From Bdellovibrionota bacterium (GTDB lineage Bacteria > Bdellovibrionota_C > UBA2361 > JAAYZI01): DNA of 64,000 nucleotides. The DNA is taken from positions 1,088,001 through 1,152,000 of the forward strand of contig JBMNIF010000002.1 of assembly GCA_050950765.1 (NCBI GenBank), written 5' to 3'. The position numbers were made by a program, and so were the translations under genes. A model generated the notes under the pieces. That model worked only from the letters and a program-made list of their open reading frames with translations. It did not search any database and was not told the DNA's origin. Shown here in pieces: positions 25,887 through 35,154 of the stretch (position 1 is the stretch's first letter; every line of letters starts with the position of its first letter).

Positions 25887-26990
25887 ATGAATAATATTGA
25901 AATTGACGAAGCGGTTGTGGCTGTTTTAGCGTTGGATCTCTCCTCTTCCGAAAGAGAACATTATCGGGAATTGTTAAAAGATCTCTCAAGTCCAGCTGAA
26001 CTCTTAACTAAAAAAGATCTCAGTGAAACTTTATCGAAGTTACAACATAATCTTAACTCATCAGAAATTATAACAAAAACGAGAGAGGATATCTTACGGT
26101 GGCAAAGAGAAGGGATAAATATTGTCGCTCTTGGAACTCCTGCCTATCCGAGAAAGTTATCATTTATCCATGATGCGCCACTTGCGCTCTTTTATAAGGG
26201 GGAGCTCCCCAAAAGCCTTAATGAAGGCTCCACTTTGGCTGTGGTCGGATCTAGAAAGGCTGACTTAACCATCTGTAAATACGCTTACGATCTGGCAAGA
26301 AGCGCAGCAGAGATCGGTCTGTGCGTTATTAGTGGACTCGCTTACGGAATCGATGCGCGCGCTCATCACGGGGCTTTAGATTCAAAGGTAGCAGCCGCAA
26401 CCGTAGCGGTACTTGGTAGCGGTTTAAAACACCTCTATCCTGCCATTCATAGAGATCTGGCAAAGCGGATTATCGATAATGGCGGTGCACTTATTAGCCA
26501 ATTCTTGCCGGATGTTTCTCCATTACCTCCTAACTTTCTCAATAGAAATAGGATCATCGCGGGACTCTCTGATGGTGTTTTAGTGATTCAAGCCGGTGAA
26601 AGGTCAGGCTCTCTCTCAACGGCACGCTATGCTATGGAAGAGGGGAGAGATGTTCTGGTTTGCCCTGGTGCTTACGGGGATAAACGGTTTGCTGGATCTC
26701 ACCGTTTGATTAAACAGGGAGCTTACTTGGTTTCTGAGTTTGATGATATCGCTGCTATCTTCCCTGAAATGGCGAAAAATGTAGCCGCACTTAATGAGGA
26801 GGTAGGTAGTGCAGAGGGAGTCTCTAGTGATACAGCGGAGATCCTTGCTCTACTAAAAGACGGCCCCCTCGAGATAGAGTATCTACTTGATAAATTACCA
26901 GATTTATTAAACCCGCAACAAAAACTCTTAGAGTTAGAATTATCTGAAAAAATTATCTGTTTACCGGGTAATAAAATCGCTAAAGCGTAA
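25887..26990 (+). CDS. dprA: DNA-processing protein DprA
   Basis: YP..L..I.DAP, AVVGSR, ISGLAYGID..AH, NF..RNRIIAGLS, SGSL.TA..A.E.GR. Confidence 0.95.
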   Translation: MNNIEIDEAVVAVLALDLSSSEREHYRELLKDLSSPAELLTKKDLSETLSKLQHNLNSSEIITKTREDILRWQREGINIVALGTPAYPRKLSFIHDAPLALFYKGELPKSLNEGSTLAVVGSRKADLTICKYAYDLARSAAEIGLCVISGLAYGIDARAHHGALDSKVAAATVAVLGSGLKHLYPAIHRDLAKRIIDNGGALISQFLPDVSPLPPNFLNRNRIIAGLSDGVLVIQAGERSGSLSTARYAMEEGRDVLVCPGAYGDKRFAGSHRLIKQGAYLVSEFDDIAAIFPEMAKNVAALNEEVGSAEGVSSDTAEILALLKDGPLEIEYLLDKLPDLLNPQQKLLELELSEKIICLPGNKIAKA

Positions 26991-26996
26991 AGCTTA

Positions 26997-28220
26997 TTAA
27001 AATGTACTGAACCCACTTGAAGTTTGCGGATTTTTTCTTTGCAGCTTCATCCGTTCAATATCAAGAGCTTTCTTTTTGTTGCGCCAACTTGTGACGCAAG
27101 CCGGAGTAAAGTCTCCATAGCGGGCACAAGTTGCAGCAGGAATTTGCTTTGAAAAACTCTTGGCATCATCAATAGCTTTTTGGCATGTGGTGGTAAGTAA
27201 TCTGATGCGCCAAGTCGGTCGTTGCTCCTTCTTAGAAGCTACTTCCGTTTGCTTCCTATTTTTGGTGTTAAACGGATCGTGCCCTTTGTAACGATCTAAT
27301 CTGGTTGGTGTCGGGGTTGGGGATGGTTGCGGTGTGCGAACTGTCAATTCTTTAAGAAGATTATTTAACTTCGGATCTTTTAACTTGTTAGATTTTTTGT
27401 AAGCTATATTTTTTTCTGGCGCTGGTTCCTGATGCACAATTTTTGTTAGTGAAGTATTGCACTGGAGTGCAATAAGATCGGAGTGTTGTTTCTCTATCTG
27501 GCGGCGTACCTTGATAAGCTCATTAAACCCTGCTTTGTTCGCTTTTAATTCTCGATATTGCTTTATTGAGTCTATAATCTGGTTGTTTAGCGTGGGGATG
27601 TCCTGTTCTAACATCTGTGCTTTGATCTTGGTTGTAAGAGCTAAATCTTCCGGATCTATCTTCTCTAAATCAAGTACATCAATATATTGGTTGCTATAAG
27701 CACTTTTACACTCTTCCGAATCTATGCCGTGTTTCGCACATGGGATAATAGGGGAGCCTTGAAAGATCTCTTCAAGTTTAGAGAGGTATTCTAAACATTT
27801 GGGATGTGTCGGATTCCCCTCATATTGAAGCGTTTTGAAAAGATACGGCATGCAATACAGTTCAGAAAGTTTTTCGTAGATGACAGTTAATTTATCATCA
27901 ATAAGCTCTTGATCTGTTGTGGAGCCGAGACCTCTTCTCGAAAGAAGCATATCTGCCATAAGTTGATAATAATCAACTCGCATCTTTTGTCTTTGTGAAA
28001 AATTGATCGTTTCAACAACAGGGGACGGCGTAACGGTAGGAGACGGCGTAACGGTAACGGTAGGAAGTTGCGCTTCTGATAAAAGAACCCTCGTCGGAAA
28101 TATCGCAGCTAAAAACGAAACGATAAAAAAACTCTTTTTCAGATTAAAAAAAGTGGCAGCACTCTTATTGCAAGACAACAGATCGGCTAAAAATGAGATG
28201 ATGAAGAAGTTCTTTTTCAT
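26997..28220 (-). CDS. Hypothetical exported protein, Cys- and Pro/Thr-rich, with a duplicated N-terminus
   Basis: 407-aa ORF; KKNFFIISFLA and KKSFFIVSFLA 26 residues apart; PTVTPSP linkers. Confidence 0.65.
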   Translation of the reverse strand: MKKNFFIISFLADLLSCNKSAATFFNLKKSFFIVSFLAAIFPTRVLLSEAQLPTVTVTPSPTVTPSPVVETINFSQRQKMRVDYYQLMADMLLSRRGLGSTTDQELIDDKLTVIYEKLSELYCMPYLFKTLQYEGNPTHPKCLEYLSKLEEIFQGSPIIPCAKHGIDSEECKSAYSNQYIDVLDLEKIDPEDLALTTKIKAQMLEQDIPTLNNQIIDSIKQYRELKANKAGFNELIKVRRQIEKQHSDLIALQCNTSLTKIVHQEPAPEKNIAYKKSNKLKDPKLNNLLKELTVRTPQPSPTPTPTRLDRYKGHDPFNTKNRKQTEVASKKEQRPTWRIRLLTTTCQKAIDDAKSFSKQIPAATCARYGDFTPACVTSWRNKKKALDIERMKLQRKNPQTSSGFSTF

Positions 28221-28466
28221 AAGCGTAAATTAAAAGATACCGTTCACTTGGTACAAACGAGAGAGAAACCTGCATATACTAAAGATTCTCACAGATGAGG
28301 TAAAGTTTCGTCAATCTGCAGTTTTTATCAATAATTTTGGTCAATTAATAATTAAAAAATTGGACTAAGAAAATTTACTACATTGAAAGAGTATAAATAT
28401 TTGAAGCAGTTATTACTTCTTAAGAGATTGTCTATTAACAGCAACTAGTTTTTTGGGGAGGCTGTT

Positions 28467-29441
28467 ATGTTTAAAAAACTTGGCATAGTACATAAATGGA
28501 TTAAAACATGGGGGGCTCTTCCAGTTTGGAGCTGGGTTAGAGCAGCCGAGTACTATGAGAAAAAAGATTTTAGACACGCTTCTGAACTTTATAAAAAAGG
28601 GTTAGAAACTCATTTAAACCACCCTGCCGGAGTGTGTGCGGCAATCGATCTGGCGAATTGTTTTTTAAAATTAAATAGGTTGGAAGATGCTGAAAGTATC
28701 TTGGTTGAGACACTTTCTAAAAATCCGAATCAGAAAGAGGTCGCTTTAAGGTTAATAAAAATTTATGACCGAAGTGGTAATTATGTTAAATCCTCTTTAA
28801 TCTGGCGTGATATAGTTAAACGATATCCTAATAACCCTGACTATGTGGCACGCTTTATCTTAGGTGTACTTGAAAATGGTGGCCCGTCCGCTCTTTTGCA
28901 AGAGGCGGTTTTAGCGTTGTTAGCGCTAGATCCTAAGCTACTTAGTTGCCCGTTAATAGAGGTTGCTAGAGCAGCTCTGATTGTTCAAAAGAGAGATCCG
29001 AAAAGGGGGCGTGCCGTTCTAGCGGTTATTGCAGGGCGCGAAAACGCACCATTCGAAAGCTATCTTTGGTTTGCTCGAGCTTTATTGAAAGAGGGTAGCG
29101 CTAGGCAGGCGCGTGAGTGGCTTACTAAAGCCTTAGAGTTAAAAAGCAATCATCCAGAAGTGTTGAGTTTATTGGCACAGACCTACCTTTTTACCAGTAA
29201 AGAATATGAACCTGAGTTTGCAGTTCAATTGGCTACAAGCGCTTGTCAAAATTCAAATTGGTTAAATCCGTTACAGATGCACACATTGGCGCAAGCTTTT
29301 TATCAGGTAGGGGATAGGATGTCGGCACTCTTAGTTGCCAGCAAGGCCAAAGAGGTAGGGAGACGGCGCTTCGGTGTATTTAAAGATGCAGATAATATTG
29401 ATCGCTTGATAGAGGAGCTCTCATCCGGAACTTTAGCATAA
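28467..29441 (+). CDS. TPR-repeat protein
   Basis: TPR-like helices such as LANCFLKLNRLEDAESIL and AREWLTKALELKSNHPEVLSLLAQ; GGAGG RBS. Confidence 0.8.
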   Translation: MFKKLGIVHKWIKTWGALPVWSWVRAAEYYEKKDFRHASELYKKGLETHLNHPAGVCAAIDLANCFLKLNRLEDAESILVETLSKNPNQKEVALRLIKIYDRSGNYVKSSLIWRDIVKRYPNNPDYVARFILGVLENGGPSALLQEAVLALLALDPKLLSCPLIEVARAALIVQKRDPKRGRAVLAVIAGRENAPFESYLWFARALLKEGSARQAREWLTKALELKSNHPEVLSLLAQTYLFTSKEYEPEFAVQLATSACQNSNWLNPLQMHTLAQAFYQVGDRMSALLVASKAKEVGRRRFGVFKDADNIDRLIEELSSGTLA

Positions 29442-29469
29442 GGTTCGAGCTCTACTTAATCGTGTGTAG

Positions 29470-29817
29470 CTACAAGCTTAAAAACCTATCAAGAGCGTTT
29501 TCAACTTTTGCTTCCGTTAGTGGTTGGGTTAAAAAGATCCCATCTCTGTTTTGGGGGATCTGAGATGAAATCACTAAACAACGTTGCTTAGCTTCTTGAG
29601 AAAGGTGTTTATAATACTGTAATTCTGTAATAATCTTCTCTGATTCTGTTAACTGTTCAATTCGTTCGATCGTATTTGTTTCAACTTCGCGAGTTTGTAA
29701 AAGTTGAGAGAATAGAAAAGTAACCGTCTTATCTGAAAAAAGGATTGCTACCTTCTGATAATTACTACTCTTCACTGCAAGGGATAATAAAGTTTTGTCA
29801 GACATCTTTTTTTTCAT
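29470..29817 (-). CDS. Hypothetical protein, possibly a degenerate receiver-like domain
   Basis: 115 aa; C-terminal FLTQPLTEAKVENAL resembles the receiver FLxKP..L motif but lacks the Lys. Confidence 0.4.
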   Translation of the reverse strand: MKKKMSDKTLLSLAVKSSNYQKVAILFSDKTVTFLFSQLLQTREVETNTIERIEQLTESEKIITELQYYKHLSQEAKQRCLVISSQIPQNRDGIFLTQPLTEAKVENALDRFLSL

Positions 29818-30040
29818 GACTTCATTAGATGTTGCGTTTTTTAGATTAGATCTAAAAAGATGGTTCTTTTTTTGTTAGTATTATTGAGATGTTATTCATT
29901 TTTTAGGTATAATCTGCGGGATTGTGCGCAGATAAATCAGGTTCAGAAAGGTATTGGATGAATTAGTACGTAATTCTGCTTTTATGTGGTATGTTTTTCT
30001 GCAGGTGTGGAAGGGCGTACGGTAAAGAAGAGGGCGGCGC

Positions 30041-31534
30041 ATGCTAAAGAAAAGTTGGAAATTGATATCTCAATTGGAGAAGATCGGTGATTTTTTAATC
30101 GCCATTATAGCGTTTTTCTTGGCGTATTATGGACGTGCCTCTTTTGTATTTTGGAATGAGGTGTGTGAGTGGGGGCTCCCTTTTGCTGGAGAATCTTTGG
30201 CACCTATTAGCGATTATGTACTTGTTATCTTAATCGCGCTTTTTACCCAAACTGTTGTGCTGAATATCATGGGTGCATACAGCAGTATGCGTCTTAGAAG
30301 TTCGCTGCAAGTACTGTGGATGTTTGTTGTTAATTCAATAGCGGTTTTTTTTACACTGGCTGCTGCGTCGTTTTTACTAAAATTGGATTTTAGCCGTAGC
30401 TTTATTGCTTTATTCGCTATCCTCTTGCTTCTGATGTTGGCTGCTGAACGGTATGTGGTCTTATGGCTATTAAGGTTTTTCAGAAGGCGGGGCTTTAATT
30501 ATAGGAATGTTGTAATTTGCGGAACGGGTAAACAAGCTCTGATCTTAACTGCTAGAATTACAGCGAAACCGGAGTTGGGGTTAATGATTCGTTCTTATGC
30601 TGATTTAAGTATCGATGCTGAGCAGCGATCTAAAAACATTCACCGCTTTAAGCAGGAGCTAAAGCTTATACCTAAAACAAGAACGGTACGCGTGGTCGAG
30701 GGTGTGGCTGATTTAGAGAAAGTCCTCTCTGATTGCGCTATTGATGAAGTTATCTTTACCGATACCTTGTACGTGATGCCGCAAGTTAGAGATGTTGTAC
30801 AACTTTGCGCAGAGCAAGGTATTCGTACCACGATCGCCGCAGATCTCTTTAGTACAGGGCTGGTGAAGTCAGGGCTCAGTTACTTTGAAGGGATCCCATT
30901 AGTTCACTTTGTAACCCCTCCAGGAGATATGTGGGAGTTAACACTTAAGCGTTGTCTCGATATCGTTGTTTCAGCGCTACTCTTGGTGCTTCTGATGCCG
31001 TTCCTTATCCTTGTGGGGATCATAATTAAGTTAACCTCACCTGGTCCGATCTTGTATGTGCAAAAGAGGGTAGGTTTGAACGGGCACCAATTCGATCTTT
31101 ATAAATTCAGATCGATGTATGTTGATGCTGATAAACGCCTTCCCGACTTAATGGCACAAAATGAGATGTCGGGACCTGCCTTTAAGATGAAGAACGATCC
31201 ACGTGTTACCCCTGTTGGGAAGTGGCTTAGACGGTACAGCATCGACGAGTTGCCGCAGCTGTGGAACGTTCTGATAGGTGATATGAGTTTAGTTGGACCC
31301 CGTCCACCCGTTCCAGGGGAGGTGCGTGCTTATGAAAGACGGTACCGCCGCAGACTTTCAATGCGACCAGGGATGACGTGTACGTGGCAAGTTAGTGGGC
31401 GTAACGACATCACTGATTTCAGTAAGTGGGTTCAGTTGGATCTCGAATATATAGATAATTGGTCGTTAACGAAGGATCTCTCCCTACTTTTTCGCACGAT
31501 CCCTGCCGTTCTCTTTGGGCAAGGGGCGCATTAA
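30041..31534 (+). CDS. Polyprenyl-phosphate glycosylphosphotransferase (WcaJ/CpsE family priming GT)
   Basis: N-terminal TMs, [48 protein letters not shown]. Confidence 0.93.
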   Translation: MLKKSWKLISQLEKIGDFLIAIIAFFLAYYGRASFVFWNEVCEWGLPFAGESLAPISDYVLVILIALFTQTVVLNIMGAYSSMRLRSSLQVLWMFVVNSIAVFFTLAAASFLLKLDFSRSFIALFAILLLLMLAAERYVVLWLLRFFRRRGFNYRNVVICGTGKQALILTARITAKPELGLMIRSYADLSIDAEQRSKNIHRFKQELKLIPKTRTVRVVEGVADLEKVLSDCAIDEVIFTDTLYVMPQVRDVVQLCAEQGIRTTIAADLFSTGLVKSGLSYFEGIPLVHFVTPPGDMWELTLKRCLDIVVSALLLVLLMPFLILVGIIIKLTSPGPILYVQKRVGLNGHQFDLYKFRSMYVDADKRLPDLMAQNEMSGPAFKMKNDPRVTPVGKWLRRYSIDELPQLWNVLIGDMSLVGPRPPVPGEVRAYERRYRRRLSMRPGMTCTWQVSGRNDITDFSKWVQLDLEYIDNWSLTKDLSLLFRTIPAVLFGQGAH

Positions 31535-31591
31535 GGTGCGGCTAACTGAAGGGTAGGAATATCATATAGTTATGAAACGGTAAAAAAATGC

Positions 31592-31619
31592 TCAACTTCG
31601 GCAGATCTACTGTCGATAA
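31592..31619 (+). promoter_or_regulatory. Candidate sigma28 (FliA)-type promoter
   Basis: TCAA-N16-GTCGATAA versus consensus TAAA-N15/16-GCCGATAA. Confidence 0.35.
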
Positions 31620-31667
31620 CTGTATTCAAGTAGCTATGTGTGTGGGCAATTAAGGAAGGTTGCCAAG

Positions 31668-31985
31668 ATGACTATTCGTGTAATTCATGAATCCGTGAGG
31701 GGGAGCCCTCAAGTTGATATCGTCAAGAAAAATATATCGAGAGAACAGCCTAAGGTTCAATCTCAAAGTGGTGCTGTATCTACGCAGCCACCGTTGGAGA
31801 GTGGCTCTCGTTCAGGTGTTGTTGCATTAGCGGCATCATCTACTCCGCATAATTCCGGCAGTGTAAAAACTTATAAAGAAGCAAAAGAAACTGCCAAAGA
31901 TATTGCAGAGAGGGTCTTGTATGAAGGTGAAGGCTTGAACGCACACAGAGATGTTTTAACTTCAGCAAAAGAGTATATCGTATAG
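31668..31985 (+). CDS. Small hypothetical protein, possibly flagellum-related
   Basis: AAGGAAGG RBS; low-complexity N-half and helical C-half. Confidence 0.55.
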   Translation: MTIRVIHESVRGSPQVDIVKKNISREQPKVQSQSGAVSTQPPLESGSRSGVVALAASSTPHNSGSVKTYKEAKETAKDIAERVLYEGEGLNAHRDVLTSAKEYIV

Positions 31986-32011
31986 TAAGGCACGGGAGTC
32001 GGAGGTGTTCA

Positions 32012-32195
32012 TCTCTGAACATTTTTTTCCTATCTTCCCTAGTCGAGACAGTTTTTTTAAAAGATAAATTGCTTTAAAAAAATTTCTAACTTTCTCTGAA
32101 CATTTTTTTCCTAACTTCCCTAGTCGAGACAGTTTTTTTAAAAAGATGAACTGCTTTAAAAAAACTTATAATTTTTTCTGAACATTTTTTTCCTA
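32012..32195. repeat. About 81-bp AT-rich tandem repeat, roughly 2.3 copies
   Basis: Units containing CTGAACATTTTTTTCCTA start at 32012, 32093 and 32175; the first two continue CTTCCCTAGTCGAGACAG. Confidence 0.85.
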
Positions 32196-32213
32196 CCTCT
32201 CTAATTCGGAAAG

Positions 32214-33899
32214 TTATAACCCATCATTTCGTCTAATGGCCCACCAGCCGCGTAGTAAGCTGATAGCACCACAGAAGATAAAAAAGTATCCTAAAATTTG
32301 TTTAAGTCCATCCGTCTGCATTGTGAATAAAAGTCCGATAGAGACGAAAAATATCCCTAACACAATAACTAATACTCTGTTTAACATCCGATTTTGATGA
32401 GTTTTTATAGTAGAGAAGTTTTTCACTACTGTTTGAAAGGTAGTTTCTCCACGCGAGAGGTTGGATAGGATCTCACGTGCATTGTACGGAAACTCTATTG
32501 TTAAATGTTTATAGGATTCAAGGGTGTTGTCTAGAGTTTCTAAACGCAACTTCGGATCTGAAAATGTTTTAAAGTATTGTCGAGTAATATACGGCTTTAG
32601 CACGGAAACAGGATCGAACTCTGGAGATAACACCGTAGCCATCGCCTCAAGTAAGGTGATCGACTTTACAATCATAAGGATATCTGCCGGTGGTTTGATG
32701 CCGTAACGGCGTACTACATCAAAGATCTCTGTAAGTAGCATTGAGAAATTTAGTGATGCCAACGTCTTCCCGATATATGCGTCAAGAATAGCAGTAATCT
32801 GAACACGCACAGAGGCTTCATCAAAGACAGGCGGTGTCATCCTGTTCTCGCGCATAATATGCAAGATCTTTTCGGGATTTTTTGAAAGTGTGGCTGCTAA
32901 AAGTGCAAGGATGGTGCGCATACGTTCTTTATCAAGTCGCCCCATTTCACCAAAGTCTATTAGTGCAAGTTTCTGATCAGTAGTGATAATGATATTTCCA
33001 GGATGTGGGTCTGCATGAAAGAAGCGGTGTTTAAAAATAGAATCCAAGATAACACTTGCTAACGTTTCTACTAATTCATCTGCATTTGAAGGGATCTCTC
33101 CTGTCTTGCAAAGGTCTGTTACTTTTGTGCCGTTTATAAATTCCTGCGTTATGATAAGTCTACTGCACAGTTCAGGGTACGTTTTCGGCACAACGAGGAT
33201 ATCTTGCAGGCGGTGTTGAGAGGCAAAGATAGTCATGTTCTGAGCCTCTTTGATAAAATCGCAGCCTTGCTTCAAGGTGCGGTGAAACTCTTCGATTATT
33301 AACGGCAGGTCAAACGACTCCATCTCTGGATATGCCTCTTCGAATAGAGAAACCAACCCTTTTACAATCTCCATGTCGGTATCGATTAGACGTTCTATAT
33401 CTGGACGCTGAATCTTTACTACGACGGTGCTACCGTCAATTAGTGTTGCTTTATGTACTTGAGCGATACTTCCAGCAGCAAGAGGCGTTTTTGAAAAATC
33501 TGAAAATAGTACATTTATAGGGGTGTGGAACTCTTCTTCAATTGTAGCGATCGCTACCTCCGACGGGAAGGGAGCGACTTTATCTTGTAACTTTCTAAAT
33601 TCTTCAATGATGTTACGAGGGAAAACATCGGGACGAGTTGCAATAAGTTGTCCCATCTTTATAAAGGTCGGACCCAAATCTTCACAGACTAGGCGTAGGC
33701 GAGTGGCGACATCTAGAACTTGTTTATCGGTGTCGTGTCGGATTGATGGCTTTACTATTTTTAATGTTTTCCCGTAAGCTACATTAAGGCGGTTAACAAG
33801 GTCCCCAAAACCGTGGCGAACTAGCACCGCCATTATTTCACTAACTCTGTGAACGTTTCTGAAAAATTGGGGAAGCTTTATAACTTTTGCGTAATCCAT
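32214..33899 (-). CDS. ubiB: ABC1/UbiB-family atypical kinase
   Basis: LGPTFIKMGQ, LAAGSIAQVH, VVVKIQRP, FFHADPHPGN, LIDFG; C-terminal TMs. Confidence 0.9.
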   Translation of the reverse strand: MDYAKVIKLPQFFRNVHRVSEIMAVLVRHGFGDLVNRLNVAYGKTLKIVKPSIRHDTDKQVLDVATRLRLVCEDLGPTFIKMGQLIATRPDVFPRNIIEEFRKLQDKVAPFPSEVAIATIEEEFHTPINVLFSDFSKTPLAAGSIAQVHKATLIDGSTVVVKIQRPDIERLIDTDMEIVKGLVSLFEEAYPEMESFDLPLIIEEFHRTLKQGCDFIKEAQNMTIFASQHRLQDILVVPKTYPELCSRLIITQEFINGTKVTDLCKTGEIPSNADELVETLASVILDSIFKHRFFHADPHPGNIIITTDQKLALIDFGEMGRLDKERMRTILALLAATLSKNPEKILHIMRENRMTPPVFDEASVRVQITAILDAYIGKTLASLNFSMLLTEIFDVVRRYGIKPPADILMIVKSITLLEAMATVLSPEFDPVSVLKPYITRQYFKTFSDPKLRLETLDNTLESYKHLTIEFPYNAREILSNLSRGETTFQTVVKNFSTIKTHQNRMLNRVLVIVLGIFFVSIGLLFTMQTDGLKQILGYFFIFCGAISLLRGWWAIRRNDGL

Positions 33900-34145
33900 A
33901 CAATTAATGTGTCTTGAATGTGATAAGTGGAGGGGAAAAACGATAATATTTCTCTTGTTAATCGTTAATCTTATGAAAAGTTGCTGAAAGTGTCACTATA
34001 AAACAGACAATTACTTGAAAATATTATTTAAAAATGGCATTCTCAAGCTCGTTCGTCAGTCCATTTATAAAACACGTTACTGTATTCAAAAGGGCATAAA
34101 GATGCCGTTTTTTTCTGTTTTGTGTTTTTAATGGTGGCGATTCTA

Positions 34146-34173
34146 TTGACGTTTTATGGAATTATGCTATTGT
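34146..34173 (+). promoter_or_regulatory. Candidate rplM-rpsI promoter
   Basis: TTGACG-N16-TATTGT with extended TG. Confidence 0.5.
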
Positions 34174-34208
34174 TCGCCTCCGTTCATAGAGGACTAAGAA
34201 GAGGTATA

Positions 34209-34670
34209 ATGGATACAGTTTTTATTTCAAAAAAGCAGGCGGCCGAGAATAAGAAGTGGCGTATTGTTGATGCTGCCGGTGTGCCGCTCGGGAGATTGGC
34301 GAGTGAAGTAGCGGTACTTATTCGTGGTAAGAATAAGGTAGATTATACTCCAAATCAGGATATAGGAGATTTTGTTATCGTTATTAACGCTGAAAAGGTA
34401 GCTTTGACCGGTAATAAGATATCACAGAAGGTCTATCACCGTCATACTGGTTACATAGGGGGACTACGTACGACGAGTGTTGAGGAGATGCTTGATAAAT
34501 ACCCTGAACGTGTTATCCAGAAAGCAGTATATGGAATGTTGCCGCGAGGACCGTTGGGTAATACTATGCGTACAAGGCTGAAGGTTTATGCCGGAAGTGA
34601 ACATCCGCATAAGGCGCAACTTCCGGAACTTTATACTTTACAAAGTCAGGCACAAGGTCAAGCTAAATAG
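34209..34670 (+). CDS. rplM: 50S ribosomal protein L13
   Basis: W.IVDA...LGRLASEVA..RGK.K..YTP..D.GD ... GMLP ... HPH.AQ; GAGG RBS. Confidence 0.98.
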   Translation: MDTVFISKKQAAENKKWRIVDAAGVPLGRLASEVAVLIRGKNKVDYTPNQDIGDFVIVINAEKVALTGNKISQKVYHRHTGYIGGLRTTSVEEMLDKYPERVIQKAVYGMLPRGPLGNTMRTRLKVYAGSEHPHKAQLPELYTLQSQAQGQAK

Positions 34671-34691
34671 TAATTTTTGTAGGATTTTAAG

Positions 34692-35084
34692 ATGAGAGGC
34701 TGGGATTCATTTGCAGTAGGAAAAAGAAAAACGTCAGTGGCTCGTGTGTTTCTTAAGAAGGGAACAGGGCAGATTACGGTCAATGGGAAACCTTATGATC
34801 AATATTTTGGTCGTGAGACTTTGAAGATGGTTGTTAAACAACCGTTGGAGTTGACTGGTAAAAATGAAGATCTCGATATTAATGTTAATGTTTGTGGTGG
34901 TGGGAAATCCGGACAGGCCGGTGCTACCAGACACGGCATTGCGCGTGCTTTAAATGTTCTTGATGAGACGATGCGTGGACCTCTTAAAAAAGCAGGCTTC
35001 CTATCTCGTGATCAACGTGCTGTCGAGCGTAAAAAATACGGTAGGCATAAAGCTCGTAAGCGTCCGCAGTTTTCAAAGCGTTAG
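34692..35084 (+). CDS. rpsI: 30S ribosomal protein S9
   Basis: [10 protein letters not shown] ... [17 protein letters not shown] ... ERKKYG..KARK.PQFSKR. Confidence 0.98.
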   Translation: MRGWDSFAVGKRKTSVARVFLKKGTGQITVNGKPYDQYFGRETLKMVVKQPLELTGKNEDLDINVNVCGGGKSGQAGATRHGIARALNVLDETMRGPLKKAGFLSRDQRAVERKKYGRHKARKRPQFSKR

Positions 35085-35103
35085 TTGCATATATTGCAGC
35101 TGC

Positions 35104-35138
35104 AAAAAAGAGGGGGCTGTTTGGTGCCCCCTTTTTTT
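35104..35138 (+). terminator. Terminator after rpsI, possibly bidirectional
   Basis: AAAAAAGAGGGGGC-loop-GCCCCCTTTTTTT. Confidence 0.8.
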
Positions 35139-35154
35139 ATCTAAATTAAAGCTA

